DNA of 58,578 bases from Vampirovibrio sp. (GCA_021323475.1 JAJQJM010000002.1:1-58578), one strand, 5' to 3'; positions 44,915 to 54,944 are shown, counted from the stretch's first letter. Notes: generated from the letters alone by a model not told the origin. Made by a program: numbers and translations.

Positions 44915-46366
44915 ATGAAAGTCCTGGTTCTTAACCCGCCAACGCGTCAAACCGGCAATGTCATTCGTGATGTACTGTATGGCTGCTGGTGCAATGGAAA
45001 GCGTATTGGGGGTGGAACAGTACCTCCATTCGGCCTGCTGAGCCTGGCAACCACTTTGAAGCAAGCCGGCTTCGACACCACCTTCCTGGATGCTATGGGC
45101 CAGGGATTCAGCGTGGAATACGTGCGTAAAATGGTGGGCGAATACGATGCCGTAGTCTGCTCCACCTCTACCATGACCGTCAATGAGGACTGTGTTACCC
45201 TTCAGGAACTGCAAAATTCCAATCCCAAGCTGAAAACCGTGATTTTCGGCTCCCACGCTACGTTTATGCCGGAACACACCTTGGCCAAGGGCGGCATTGA
45301 CTTCATCGTCCGCAACGAACCCGAGTTTGCCGTTCGTGACCTGCTGAAAGCTGTTGATCGCAATGACGGCTCCGAATTCAAAGCGCTGGGCGTTGGCTTT
45401 AAAAACGAGCAGGGCGAGTCAGTCATCAACGCTGATTACCCTTATATCGAGAACATTGACGAGCTGCCGATTCCCGACGTTACCATGCTGCCCAAGAATG
45501 TAGACTGGTTCAACCCCATCGTCAAGCAAACCCCTTATGTAACTGCGTTTGCCTCCCGTGGCTGCCCAGCAAAGTGCACCTTCTGCACCGCGCCCTACTT
45601 CTACGGGGCCAATATCCGTTATAAGTCCGTTGATCGGATGATCAAGGAAGTGAAATACTACCTGGACAACGGGTTTAAAGAAGTTTACTTCCGCGATGAG
45701 ACGTTTACAGCCAACAAGCGCTTCGTAATGGAATTCTGCCAGCGGGTGCTGGATGAAGGCCTGAAATTTACCTGGATTGCCAATGCCCGCGTGGTTACCG
45801 TGGATGAAGAAATGTTGATCCTGATGAAAAAGGCGGGCTGCCACCTGATTAAATACGGGGTGGAATCCGGCGTTCAGGAACTGCTTGATAACGTCCGCAA
45901 GGGCATCCGCCTGGAAGACACCCGCAAGGCGTTCGCATTGATGCATCAAGTGGGAATTGATTCCCACGCGCACATGATGCTGGGCATTCCCGGTGAAACC
46001 GAGGAAACCATTGAGCAGACCATCCGCTTCGTCAATGAAATCGAGCCGACGACCGTAACCTTTGGTATTTGCACACCCTACCCCGGAACGCCCCTGTACG
46101 AGGAAGTGGCACAAGTGCACCCGGAGATCCGCGATGGTTCCGATTCCGACCTGGGCGCCCTGCACAAGAAGGGCTTGTTCAACAGTATTTACACCGAACT
46201 GGAGTCGGATGACCTGGAATCCGCTATGAAGCGGGCTTACCAGGCATTCTATGCCCGTCCGTCCTACATTGCCAAAACCATTGGCCGGGTTAAGTCGCTG
46301 GATGACATTAAGCGGTTTGCCAAGGCCGGTACCAAGGTGCTTGATTTCGCGATGCGTGGAGAGTAA
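44915..46366 (+). CDS. B12-binding-domain radical SAM enzyme
   Basis: An N-terminal cobalamin-binding-like Rossmann segment precedes the CxxxCxxC cluster motif ASRGCPAKCTFCTAP. AAGGAG lies 5 nt upstream of ATG 44915. Confidence 0.85.
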   Translation: MKVLVLNPPTRQTGNVIRDVLYGCWCNGKRIGGGTVPPFGLLSLATTLKQAGFDTTFLDAMGQGFSVEYVRKMVGEYDAVVCSTSTMTVNEDCVTLQELQNSNPKLKTVIFGSHATFMPEHTLAKGGIDFIVRNEPEFAVRDLLKAVDRNDGSEFKALGVGFKNEQGESVINADYPYIENIDELPIPDVTMLPKNVDWFNPIVKQTPYVTAFASRGCPAKCTFCTAPYFYGANIRYKSVDRMIKEVKYYLDNGFKEVYFRDETFTANKRFVMEFCQRVLDEGLKFTWIANARVVTVDEEMLILMKKAGCHLIKYGVESGVQELLDNVRKGIRLEDTRKAFALMHQVGIDSHAHMMLGIPGETEETIEQTIRFVNEIEPTTVTFGICTPYPGTPLYEEVAQVHPEIRDGSDSDLGALHKKGLFNSIYTELESDDLESAMKRAYQAFYARPSYIAKTIGRVKSLDDIKRFAKAGTKVLDFAMRGE

Positions 46367-47241
46367 TGGCTTCAAACACGCTCACCGTCAGTTGTATTAT
46401 TCCCGCTTATAACGAAGGAGAAGCCATCCGTGAGGTGGTCTCCGAGATTCAGGCAGTTTATCCCGATTTTGAACTGATCGTTGTGGATGACGGCTCCAGG
46501 GATAATACCGCCGAGGTGGCCGAGCAGGCTGGAGCCAAAGTCATTCGCCACACCTACAACATTGGCAATGGCGCGGCGGTTAAAACCGGCATCCGCAATG
46601 CCACCGGCGATGTGATTGTGATGCTGGATGCCGACGGACAACACCCACCTAATGAAATCGCCCGTTTGCTGCAGCACATTGGCCCATACGATATGGCCGT
46701 TGGCGCCCGCACCAGCATGTCCAAAGTGTCCAAGTTCCGCTCCTTCGGAAATTGGGGCTTAATTCGGATTGCGGAATTTTTGACCGGAGCGGAGATTCCG
46801 GATTTAACCTCCGGTTTTCGGGCTATCAAGCGGGATAAGGTCATGGAGTTCATTCACCTGTTTCCCAACCAATACTCTTACCCCACCACCATTACTATGT
46901 GCATGCTGAAGTCCGGCTATTTCGTAAAATTCGTGCCGATGGACTCCATTCGCCGCCGGGAGTTGGGAACCAGCAATATTAAACCATTTCGGGATGGCAT
47001 GAAGTTCATTAACATCATGGTTCGTATCATCATGCTGTTTGATCCTCAAAAAGTCTTTTTACCACTGGGTTCGTTTTGCTTTTTGCTGGGTATCTTGATT
47101 GCTCTGGTTCAAATTCTCACGAAATTGGCTGTTACGGGTTCTGCAGTGATGATGGTACTTTCCGGCTTGCTAATCGTCCTATTCGGGCTGGTGGCGGACC
47201 AAGTGGCAGCCGTCCGCCGTGAAATGAGTCGTTTGCGCTAA
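46366..47241 (+). CDS. GT2 polyprenol-phosphate glycosyltransferase-like (DPM1/GtrB/ArnC type)
   Basis: The catalytic region reads SCIIPAYNEGEAI..VVDDGSRDNT..LDADGQHP, and two C-terminal TM helices follow. The start forms a TAATG overlap with the radical SAM gene. Confidence 0.8.
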   Translation: MASNTLTVSCIIPAYNEGEAIREVVSEIQAVYPDFELIVVDDGSRDNTAEVAEQAGAKVIRHTYNIGNGAAVKTGIRNATGDVIVMLDADGQHPPNEIARLLQHIGPYDMAVGARTSMSKVSKFRSFGNWGLIRIAEFLTGAEIPDLTSGFRAIKRDKVMEFIHLFPNQYSYPTTITMCMLKSGYFVKFVPMDSIRRRELGTSNIKPFRDGMKFINIMVRIIMLFDPQKVFLPLGSFCFLLGILIALVQILTKLAVTGSAVMMVLSGLLIVLFGLVADQVAAVRREMSRLR

Positions 47242-47302
47242 CATCACGCTCATTCGGCTTAACCTTTACACCGCGCCATCATTCAGAGCCGTCTTCTTTC
47301 GA

Positions 47303-48031
47303 TTAGATCGCTGGCTGCAAATACTGTTCGTAAGGCAACAGCCGTTGACAATGCTCCGGGCTCATCCCTATGATAAAGCCATATTCCTTGTCTGTTTCCC
47401 GAAACAATATAATTTTTGCATCCGCGTTATTGCCGGAAACGACTTTTAATAAGTCTAGAACCCATTGCTCCCTCTCTGGCATTGAGGCAGGCAAAGGCCC
47501 AGCTGAATAGACAACCTGGTCTTTCTCCAGAATTCTCAACGTGGTATCGACATCGGTGCCAGTCACTTCCACCTTGTTCAGCATTTTTTTCTGCTTGAAA
47601 TAGGTGGTTATTGCCGCTTTCACATCATCAAGCACGTAACCCTTCGGAAGAATAATGCCGAAGTAATTGCATAGCAGGCGATTGATCATCTCTGGCATTA
47701 GCGCCTCGCTTGGCTGTTGGTTCCAAACTTCCGACGTGTACCGGATAATACCGAAGTTCAGGGATTGCCGGAATGCCATGGCCAGTTCCGGATAACAAAC
47801 GCCCATCTCCCGGCGAAACTCCTGACTGGGCAATGCCAGCTCATCAAAAAGCGTTTCTGAAATCTGCCGGACGATGGGATTAGTATTGGCCGGATTCCGC
47901 TTGGAGCCTGGACTATTGGCTCCCTTGCGATTCTTCATTAAAAAATACAGCACCAGGGCCGAACCGGGAATCAGCACCAGTGGCAGCAGTCCGCTCATAG
48001 CATCCGTCATCGTTATCGTGCCCGCTTCCAT
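47303..48031 (-). CDS. hypothetical membrane-anchored protein
   Basis: One N-terminal TM helix (LLPLVLIPGSALVLYFL) precedes a 200-aa soluble domain with no motif I recognise. The gene is divergent from prkA. Confidence 0.55.
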   Translation of the reverse strand: MEAGTITMTDAMSGLLPLVLIPGSALVLYFLMKNRKGANSPGSKRNPANTNPIVRQISETLFDELALPSQEFRREMGVCYPELAMAFRQSLNFGIIRYTSEVWNQQPSEALMPEMINRLLCNYFGIILPKGYVLDDVKAAITTYFKQKKMLNKVEVTGTDVDTTLRILEKDQVVYSAGPLPASMPEREQWVLDLLKVVSGNNADAKIILFRETDKEYGFIIGMSPEHCQRLLPYEQYLQPAI

Positions 48032-48275
48032 ATAGTGGATATAACGCCTATGGTACTACAAAATTACCAATCCGCCTGATTCGCTCCCGGCATTGCAAGT
48101 CCGCCCACTGAATTCTTTTTATATCCTTACATCGCGCTTCACAGTAATCGAGCGGTATTTCCCAACGGGGACAATGATGGCATACGGCTCAGGAATATCT
48201 TTTTTAATTTATACAAAAAATTAAATAGCATCTTTCCTGCGGGAAAAAAAGGAATGTTTCTTTTCATAGAAAAAC

Positions 48276-48304
48276 TTGCTTATATTTTTGGGGTTCTATA
48301 TAAT
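48276..48304 (+). promoter_or_regulatory. sigma70-type promoter of the PrkA module
   Basis: TTGCTT (48276-81), 17-nt spacer, perfect TATAAT (48299-304), within an AT-rich 440-bp intergenic region. Confidence 0.55.
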
Positions 48305-48317
48305 CTCTCCGAACATC

Positions 48318-48356
48318 AAAAGTAAGTATCCATTTTTTATTTTTGCACTTACTTTT
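48318..48356. promoter_or_regulatory. 10-bp perfect inverted repeat just downstream of the promoter (operator or 5'-UTR hairpin)
   Basis: AAAAGTAAGT (48318-27), 19-nt spacer, ACTTACTTTT (48347-56). Confidence 0.4.
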
Positions 48357-48471
48357 TACTGAATGAATTAAATAAGTGGGTTTATAGGCAAGAGAAGAGA
48401 ACTTGCATTTAGTTGCTATTTGTCAGTCCTCGCCATGCTAAGAGACAACCGTATTTGAAGGGGAATACCTT

Positions 48472-50886
48472 ATGATTAACCTCACCACGTTTTCGGGCGT
48501 CAATCGTACGCAGCTACAAACACGTAAAAAAACCGAATCCAAACAGAAACCGGAAGCCCAGTCTCACGCTTCAACCGGCCCTAAAACCCTATTGGCAAAG
48601 CCCTCTGCCGGGCTTGCAAAAGTCTACTTTGGCGGCGTCAATCTGTCGGATGCCATTAAAGGCAGCAGCGAAGTCGCCAAACCCCAGCAACTCAAATCCG
48701 TGATGTCCATTCAGGACTATGTGGACACCATTGAGCAGCATCCACTGTTGCTAAGAAACACCGCCCAATATGCCCAGGACATGATCAACCGGGAAGGTGT
48801 CCGTAAAAAAACCAAGTACGGACGCGACATTCTGGAATACGATTTTTTTACTCACCCTCAAAACCCCGAAATGAAAGGCTTAAAAGGCAATCAGGGCTCC
48901 ATTAACGATGTGATGATGCACATTCGTGCCGCCGCCAGACGGCAGGATTTGGGCAAAAAACCCATTGTACTCATGGGGGGCCCCGGTTCCGGCAAAACCA
49001 GCATCGGTGATTTGATGGTGGACGGCTACGTGCGTTACAGCAAAACCGATGAAGGCGCTCGTTACGCCTCCAAATTGGTGAATCTGCCTGAAGATTTACG
49101 GATGGGTGAGGAATACGTAGAAGAAACCCTGGCCGATCCGTTGCTGTTTTTACCTCAGGAAATTCGTAAACAGGTGGTCAATTCCGCCAAACCCAAATTT
49201 GAAAAATTAAAACAGGAAGTCACCAAAGCCGAGGCGCAGAATGGCTCCGTTCGTCCCAATCTGTACGATTATGAAGTGGGCATTGAAGGCGACTTAACGC
49301 CGAAAACTCAATACATTATGAAACATCTGCAAAACATGTACCTGGATCAGGCCATTAAAATGCAAGGGCTGGACCGGGATGAACTGGAATCCGAGCCTGG
49401 CCAAAAACGCCTGGTAGACCTAAAGCGGCAGGCCTATCACAAAGCGCTGAAAAATCATTTGCAGGTCTATAAGTTCGAATACAATCCCAACGCGGTACCG
49501 GGTGGTATCGGCGTGTTTTCCGCAACGGATTCCAAAACGCTGAACACTGCCAAAATTAATGGCCAGGTCAACATGGTACGGCTGATGGATCTGCCGGAAA
49601 GCGATCCCCGCCGGTACGACTATGTGGACGGAGCCGCGTTCCGGGCCAATCGGGGCGTATTCCGCCTAAAAGAAATGCACAAAAACCCCGAAGCCTTCTA
49701 TCCGTTATTGCTGGACTTGGCACAAAGTCAGTTGATTGAGGTAGAAAGCGGCAACGCCACGGTACACAGTCTGATTCTGGCGGATTCCAACTTCCCGGAA
49801 CTGATTGAAAAGAAGGGCAAAGACGTGCTGACTGCCGCCATGAAGCGCCTGGATCACATTTATGTCACTCACCCGCTGGAGTTGTCTGCGGAAAAAGAAA
49901 TCCAGCACAGCCTGTTCGCGGACTTTGAAAAAGCAACGGGCGCACACGGCAAAAAAGGCCACGTAGCGCCACACACCAAAGACATTGCCGCATTGCTTGC
50001 CGTCATGTCCCGTCTCACAGTTCCAGAAGACAAATTGACGGAAGGTCCCGCGTTCCTGGCCAAAAAAGCCGCCGCCTATAACGGCGACGTGGTGGAAGGC
50101 ATTGAAGAGCAGGAAGTGAACGAATGGTATGAAAAAGGCCAAAAGGCTGATGATATCGAGCAGAAAGAAGGAATGGACGGCCTGTCGGTTCGGGAGATGC
50201 AAACCCTGACTAACCTGGTGACCAACGACCTGAACGTGCGTGATCTGAATTCCATTGACGGGTATGGTTATCTGCGCATTGTGCGCGATGTGCTGGAAAA
50301 GAACCGGCTGACCCTTTCCGATGAGATCAAGGAAAAGTCCCTGAACCTGCTGGGTGTGGCCGAACGGCAACTGGATGATCGCGTCAAGGGTGACGTGACC
50401 GAGGCATTGGCCGGTGATCCGTCTTATATGCAAAACATTTTTGATGCCTACCTGACCAACGTGATTGCCGAGAAGCGGGGCAAACGGGTGAGAGATCCGC
50501 TGACCAGCGAAATGGTGCCACCCGATAAGGACTTGATGGAAGACATTGAAAAACGCATGGGCCTGACGACTTATAACGATCGGCGCCAGTATCGGGATAG
50601 CCTGGCGGCGCGGGTCGGGATGCTAACCATGGAAGGACGTAAATACGAACTGGATAATGATCCGAAACTGAAGAAAGCGATTCTGGATCGGGCATACGCC
50701 AGAACGGTGGATCGGATTGACTCCAAAGTGCTGCTGACGTCTCATCCGAACCAGCGGGAAAAAGAACAACAAAACACGCTGGTGCAGCGCTTAATTGCCA
50801 GAGGATATAACGAGCTTACGGCCAATAACGCGCTGGCTCGCGTCAGCATGTTGGCCAAACGCGATCCGAAAATCCTGAACTCGTAG
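48472..50886 (+). CDS. prkA: PrkA-family AAA+/serine-kinase-like protein, paralogue 1 (804 aa)
   Basis: Walker A is GGPGSGKTS. FRANRGVFRLKEMHKNPEAFYPLLLDLAQ aligns with the YeaG segment CRANQGIMEFVEMFKAPIKVLHPLLTATQ. GAAGGGG RBS lies upstream. Confidence 0.85.
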   Translation: MINLTTFSGVNRTQLQTRKKTESKQKPEAQSHASTGPKTLLAKPSAGLAKVYFGGVNLSDAIKGSSEVAKPQQLKSVMSIQDYVDTIEQHPLLLRNTAQYAQDMINREGVRKKTKYGRDILEYDFFTHPQNPEMKGLKGNQGSINDVMMHIRAAARRQDLGKKPIVLMGGPGSGKTSIGDLMVDGYVRYSKTDEGARYASKLVNLPEDLRMGEEYVEETLADPLLFLPQEIRKQVVNSAKPKFEKLKQEVTKAEAQNGSVRPNLYDYEVGIEGDLTPKTQYIMKHLQNMYLDQAIKMQGLDRDELESEPGQKRLVDLKRQAYHKALKNHLQVYKFEYNPNAVPGGIGVFSATDSKTLNTAKINGQVNMVRLMDLPESDPRRYDYVDGAAFRANRGVFRLKEMHKNPEAFYPLLLDLAQSQLIEVESGNATVHSLILADSNFPELIEKKGKDVLTAAMKRLDHIYVTHPLELSAEKEIQHSLFADFEKATGAHGKKGHVAPHTKDIAALLAVMSRLTVPEDKLTEGPAFLAKKAAAYNGDVVEGIEEQEVNEWYEKGQKADDIEQKEGMDGLSVREMQTLTNLVTNDLNVRDLNSIDGYGYLRIVRDVLEKNRLTLSDEIKEKSLNLLGVAERQLDDRVKGDVTEALAGDPSYMQNIFDAYLTNVIAEKRGKRVRDPLTSEMVPPDKDLMEDIEKRMGLTTYNDRRQYRDSLAARVGMLTMEGRKYELDNDPKLKKAILDRAYARTVDRIDSKVLLTSHPNQREKEQQNTLVQRLIARGYNELTANNALARVSMLAKRDPKILNS

Positions 50887-50898
50887 GGGACTGAATGG

Positions 50899-52884
50899 AT
50901 GATGCCCACAGTGATTCCTCCCGGTTACGGGAGTATTCCTAAACCCGGCGTTGCAGGCATTGCCAAGACGCCCAAAAAGCCGAAGCCCGTGCCGCATGGT
51001 ATGGAGCAAACCCATGTCAGCCCGCCTCGTACAGGTGGAATGGACGCGCTTTCCGCCTACAATCGCACACGGTTGAAATCGGTTCATCCAAGATTTAAAG
51101 GCTCGGAGGGGGTAGGGCGTTATCCGTTTGATCAGGTGGATATACGGCTGGGCACACACCCTGATACCCCCTATTTGAACAAGCTGGATCACTGGATGCG
51201 CAAGGTCTGGGAAGAGGCCACCAAACCGCGCCCCGGCTTTGAAAACGGCTGGCTGCAACCGATGGATACCCTGTTTCAGGTATCAAATCAGGTGGACCTG
51301 ATGGAGGCTGCCGCCCGGAGCGGTTTCCCCACCCGCTACCGCCATTGGTCCTGGGGCCAGGATTTCAACAATCAGTACCAGCGCCAGCGGTTCGGCCTGG
51401 GACGCTTGTATGAAATGGTCATCAACACCAACCCGTCCTATGCGTTCTTATATGATCGCAACCCGGTTTACGCCCAAAAGGTGGTAATGGCCCACGTATT
51501 GGGGCATACGGACTTTTTCAGAAACAACGTCATGTACTCGGAAACCAACCGGAACATGGTACGGGTTATGGCCGACCACAAGGCCAAAATTGAGCGTTAT
51601 TATCAGGATCCACGCCTGTCCCGTACAACGCAAGGCGGAGTGCATCCGGTAGAAAAATTCCTGAACAAATTCAACGCGTTGGAATGGCTGGTGGACATGA
51701 ACGCGTTATCGCCCCCACCGTTGGAATCGGAAAAAGCGCCTGAACACCGGGAAGAGGACGACTTCGGCAAAGTCGGTGTTAATACTAAAAAATTGGGTGT
51801 CGCCCCTTGGATGCAGGACTTTCTGTATACCAACAAGGCATGGCAAAAGTACCGGAATGATACGATTCAGGAAGGGGACGCCACCCATGCCAAAACGCTG
51901 AAGCAGCCCACCCGCGATATTCTGGGTTTTCTGGTGGAAAACGCCAAGGTGTTGCATCCGTGGCAGCAGGATATTTTACGCACCCTGCGGGAGGAGTCGT
52001 ATTACTTCGTTCCGCAGGTGCGCACCAAACTGATGAACGAAGGCTGGGCCACCTTCTGGCACCATAAGCTGATGAACGATTGCCCCAGCCTGATCGACGA
52101 ATCCGAAACCACGGATATCGCCAAAAAGATGGCTGGGGTTGAAGCGCCTTCCCAGAATGGGATTAACCCATACCAGGTCGGGTATGCTATTTTCCAAAAT
52201 ATTTACGATCGGGCCGCATACGGATTGGATGATTTTGACACCACCTTCCAGCCCAATAAGACCATTAAATACAAAGACCTGCGGGACCGGATGGAGCATA
52301 CTAAGCCCAACGAAGAAGCCGGATTGAAAAAAGTGCTGGACGTTCGAAAACAGTATAACGATGTGGAATTCATTCGCACGTTCTTCACGCCGGAAGTCGC
52401 CGAAAAGCTGGGCATGGTAGTGACCAACGAACGAGAGGAATGGGATTCCCGAATGGGTCAGCGGGTCAAAGTGAAATTCGTGGAGTCGGACGATTTCAAC
52501 CAATTGAAATCGATGATTCTGGCCCAGTACCAGAACATGTTTCCCACGCTTAGTTTAGTAGACGCCAACCACAATAATCAGGGTGAATTGCTCATCAAGC
52601 ATGAAAACACGGTACAGGATTTGGACTTACAGGATACAAAAGAAACGCTGGCCGTGCTGAATGAATTCTGGGGACATCCCATTCACCTGGACACCATGTT
52701 TGAGGTGGAGGGGGATGTGCCGCCACCAAGGCCGAACCCATGGGGCTTTGGCTTTATTGAGCCGGAGGTTCCGGAGTTTAAGCGCCAACCGGTTCGGCTG
52801 TCTTATAAAAACGGGAAAATGCAGATGTTTACCTTGTCCAAGGACGGTAAGCCCCTCAAAAACATTACGGATAAATATTTATAA
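50899..52884 (+). CDS. spoVR: SpoVR/YcgB-family protein (661 aa)
   Basis: AHVLGHTDFFRNN and YYFVPQVRTKLMNEGWATFWH are present. GGGGA RBS lies upstream. Confidence 0.85.
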   Translation: MMPTVIPPGYGSIPKPGVAGIAKTPKKPKPVPHGMEQTHVSPPRTGGMDALSAYNRTRLKSVHPRFKGSEGVGRYPFDQVDIRLGTHPDTPYLNKLDHWMRKVWEEATKPRPGFENGWLQPMDTLFQVSNQVDLMEAAARSGFPTRYRHWSWGQDFNNQYQRQRFGLGRLYEMVINTNPSYAFLYDRNPVYAQKVVMAHVLGHTDFFRNNVMYSETNRNMVRVMADHKAKIERYYQDPRLSRTTQGGVHPVEKFLNKFNALEWLVDMNALSPPPLESEKAPEHREEDDFGKVGVNTKKLGVAPWMQDFLYTNKAWQKYRNDTIQEGDATHAKTLKQPTRDILGFLVENAKVLHPWQQDILRTLREESYYFVPQVRTKLMNEGWATFWHHKLMNDCPSLIDESETTDIAKKMAGVEAPSQNGINPYQVGYAIFQNIYDRAAYGLDDFDTTFQPNKTIKYKDLRDRMEHTKPNEEAGLKKVLDVRKQYNDVEFIRTFFTPEVAEKLGMVVTNEREEWDSRMGQRVKVKFVESDDFNQLKSMILAQYQNMFPTLSLVDANHNNQGELLIKHENTVQDLDLQDTKETLAVLNEFWGHPIHLDTMFEVEGDVPPPRPNPWGFGFIEPEVPEFKRQPVRLSYKNGKMQMFTLSKDGKPLKNITDKYL

Positions 52885-52919
52885 CAATTCACGCATTCGC
52901 GAACCATAGGTAACTCGCA

Positions 52920-54944
52920 ATGACCAGCATGACGCCAACCAGTTCCGCCACATCGCTGTTGCGGCCAGCCATTGAAAAACGCCTCCACACAAAGTCGGTT
53001 AAATTCAAAGGTGATGAGCCTGCCAAACCGATCGAACAAACATCAAACGATCGATTTTCCGCAACGTCAACAGATTCCGTAACCGTCGTTGCAAAACCGG
53101 AGCCTCATCCCCATACGCCTCAGGCCTCGCCTTGGCTGAAAGTGCTGGATGACATGCTGGAAAATGCGCATGCGGAACAAGAGGAAATCAACGGCATTCC
53201 GGTGGCGGAACTGATTTATATGCGGGAAAAAATCCGTCGGGCACCCAAAATCGCCCCCGTTGACGAGCAAGGCAAGGTTCGAGAATTACACCCCTGCCCG
53301 TTACCGGGTCAGCCTTCCCAACTGTGGGCCATGCTGAGCCGGGACACCATTGGCTCCGATCACCCGGATTCCAAACGGTTCTGGGATATTATCGACGGCA
53401 AAAACACGCCGAAAGATATGCTGGATAAAATTTCCAAACGGCAGGTTAAAATCGGCCCCAAGGGGCAAATCAGCTTTCCCTCCCCTAATATCAAGCGCCC
53501 GCGGATTTGGTGGGGACAGCCAGGCTCCCAGCAAAGCAAACGGGGACAGCAAGGTAAAAACGGTCAGCCGGGCCAAGGCCAGGGAATCGGCTCACATCCC
53601 GGTAAAAAAGCGGGCGACGTGATCGGCAAACGACCGGCCAAGGGCGGCAAGGGAGCCGGGCGAGAAGGCGAAGCCGGAGAAGGCGCAGGCGATTACCCGA
53701 AAGAACTATGGACGCCGCCGGTGCCGCGTTCGCAGGTAGCCAAGCTATTACAATCAGAATGGGGGCTGCCCTTCATCGAACCGCGCGGCAAGGGAAAAAT
53801 GAACCAGTTTCAGGAGTTTTGGGATCAAACCACTACGACGCCGCCCAATCTGGTTGAAAAATACCCGACGTTGAAAAACGCCATTCAACGTTCATTCGCC
53901 AAAGCCTGGTACGACAAGCCAATGAGCATGACCGAGCGCATCCGCAACGGCATGCATCCGGGCTCAGCGGCCATTCCAATCAAAGAAATACAGATTCAGG
54001 GCAACACCCTGGTGGGCAAAAAAACATTGGACAAAGCGATGGAGGAATTTCAGGGAAAAGACCTGACTTACGAGGATTTAACCAAAATCCTGACCCGTCT
54101 GGATCAAAAATATCAGGCGGCCGGTTACCCAACATCCAAGGCCATTATTCCGCCGCAACCACTGGATTCCCAGAAGCTGGTGGTTGATGTGCGCGAAGTG
54201 CGTGACACGTTTAATCCCAGGGATATTCAGGTTCACTCCAAAGATAAAGTTCGCATTGCCGCCCGTGTGGCGCCCAAGCCGGTGGCTAAAACGGCCATTC
54301 TCTACATTATGGATGTATCCGGTTCGGTCAGTAACGACATGAAGGAAATGGCACGGGTGCAGAATTATTTTCTGGATACGCACCTGATGTACCAGTATGG
54401 GTTGGTAGCCGCCCAACTGGCCAACGAAAAATACGATGACAAAAAACACTTCGGGCAAGGCGTGGTACGCCGGTTTATCGTGCATACCGATGGAGCCGAG
54501 GAAACCACCGAGGAGGAATTTTACACCACCGGGCAATCCGGCGGCACCAAAATTTCTTCCGGCTTTAAATTAGCCAAGGACATTATTGAAAAAGACTTCC
54601 CAAAGGATGAATGGAACATTTACGTGTTCTACCAGGGTGACGGAGACAATTACCAAAGCGATAACGACACCAGCATCAAACTGATGAAAGATCTGCTGGA
54701 GGACGGTGTCAATATGATTGGCTATACCCATTTAGCCCCGTATTACGAAGGCAGCACCTCCAACTCCGACGGGCTGAACCGTTGGAATTTTTACGGAGAG
54801 GTTCAGAAGCATCTGGGCGATCGCCAAAACGTTAGAACATCCATTCTGCATCGCCCGGAAATCCAGGAGTACAAGCAATCGATTCAGCGTCTGTTGGAAG
54901 AAAGCAAAAGTGGAGAAACCAAGAGCGGAGCGAAAAAGTCATGA
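52920..54944 (+). CDS. yeaH: YeaH/YhbH (DUF444, vWA-like) family protein with inserted POTRA-like module (674 aa)
   Basis: A Gly-rich GQPGQGQGIGSHPGKKAGDV..GEGAGDY tract is followed by the MIDAS-like IMDVSGSV and by GQSGGTKISS and YQGDGDN. Confidence 0.85.
   Translation: MTSMTPTSSATSLLRPAIEKRLHTKSVKFKGDEPAKPIEQTSNDRFSATSTDSVTVVAKPEPHPHTPQASPWLKVLDDMLENAHAEQEEINGIPVAELIYMREKIRRAPKIAPVDEQGKVRELHPCPLPGQPSQLWAMLSRDTIGSDHPDSKRFWDIIDGKNTPKDMLDKISKRQVKIGPKGQISFPSPNIKRPRIWWGQPGSQQSKRGQQGKNGQPGQGQGIGSHPGKKAGDVIGKRPAKGGKGAGREGEAGEGAGDYPKELWTPPVPRSQVAKLLQSEWGLPFIEPRGKGKMNQFQEFWDQTTTTPPNLVEKYPTLKNAIQRSFAKAWYDKPMSMTERIRNGMHPGSAAIPIKEIQIQGNTLVGKKTLDKAMEEFQGKDLTYEDLTKILTRLDQKYQAAGYPTSKAIIPPQPLDSQKLVVDVREVRDTFNPRDIQVHSKDKVRIAARVAPKPVAKTAILYIMDVSGSVSNDMKEMARVQNYFLDTHLMYQYGLVAAQLANEKYDDKKHFGQGVVRRFIVHTDGAEETTEEEFYTTGQSGGTKISSGFKLAKDIIEKDFPKDEWNIYVFYQGDGDNYQSDNDTSIKLMKDLLEDGVNMIGYTHLAPYYEGSTSNSDGLNRWNFYGEVQKHLGDRQNVRTSILHRPEIQEYKQSIQRLLEESKSGETKSGAKKS

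Noticed and set aside
17013-47241. The whole glycan locus as a mobile genomic island.
   Set aside because: I found no integrase, transposase, tRNA anchor or flanking direct repeats in the window. Only the compositional shift of the 22-35 kb core hints at horizontal exchange.
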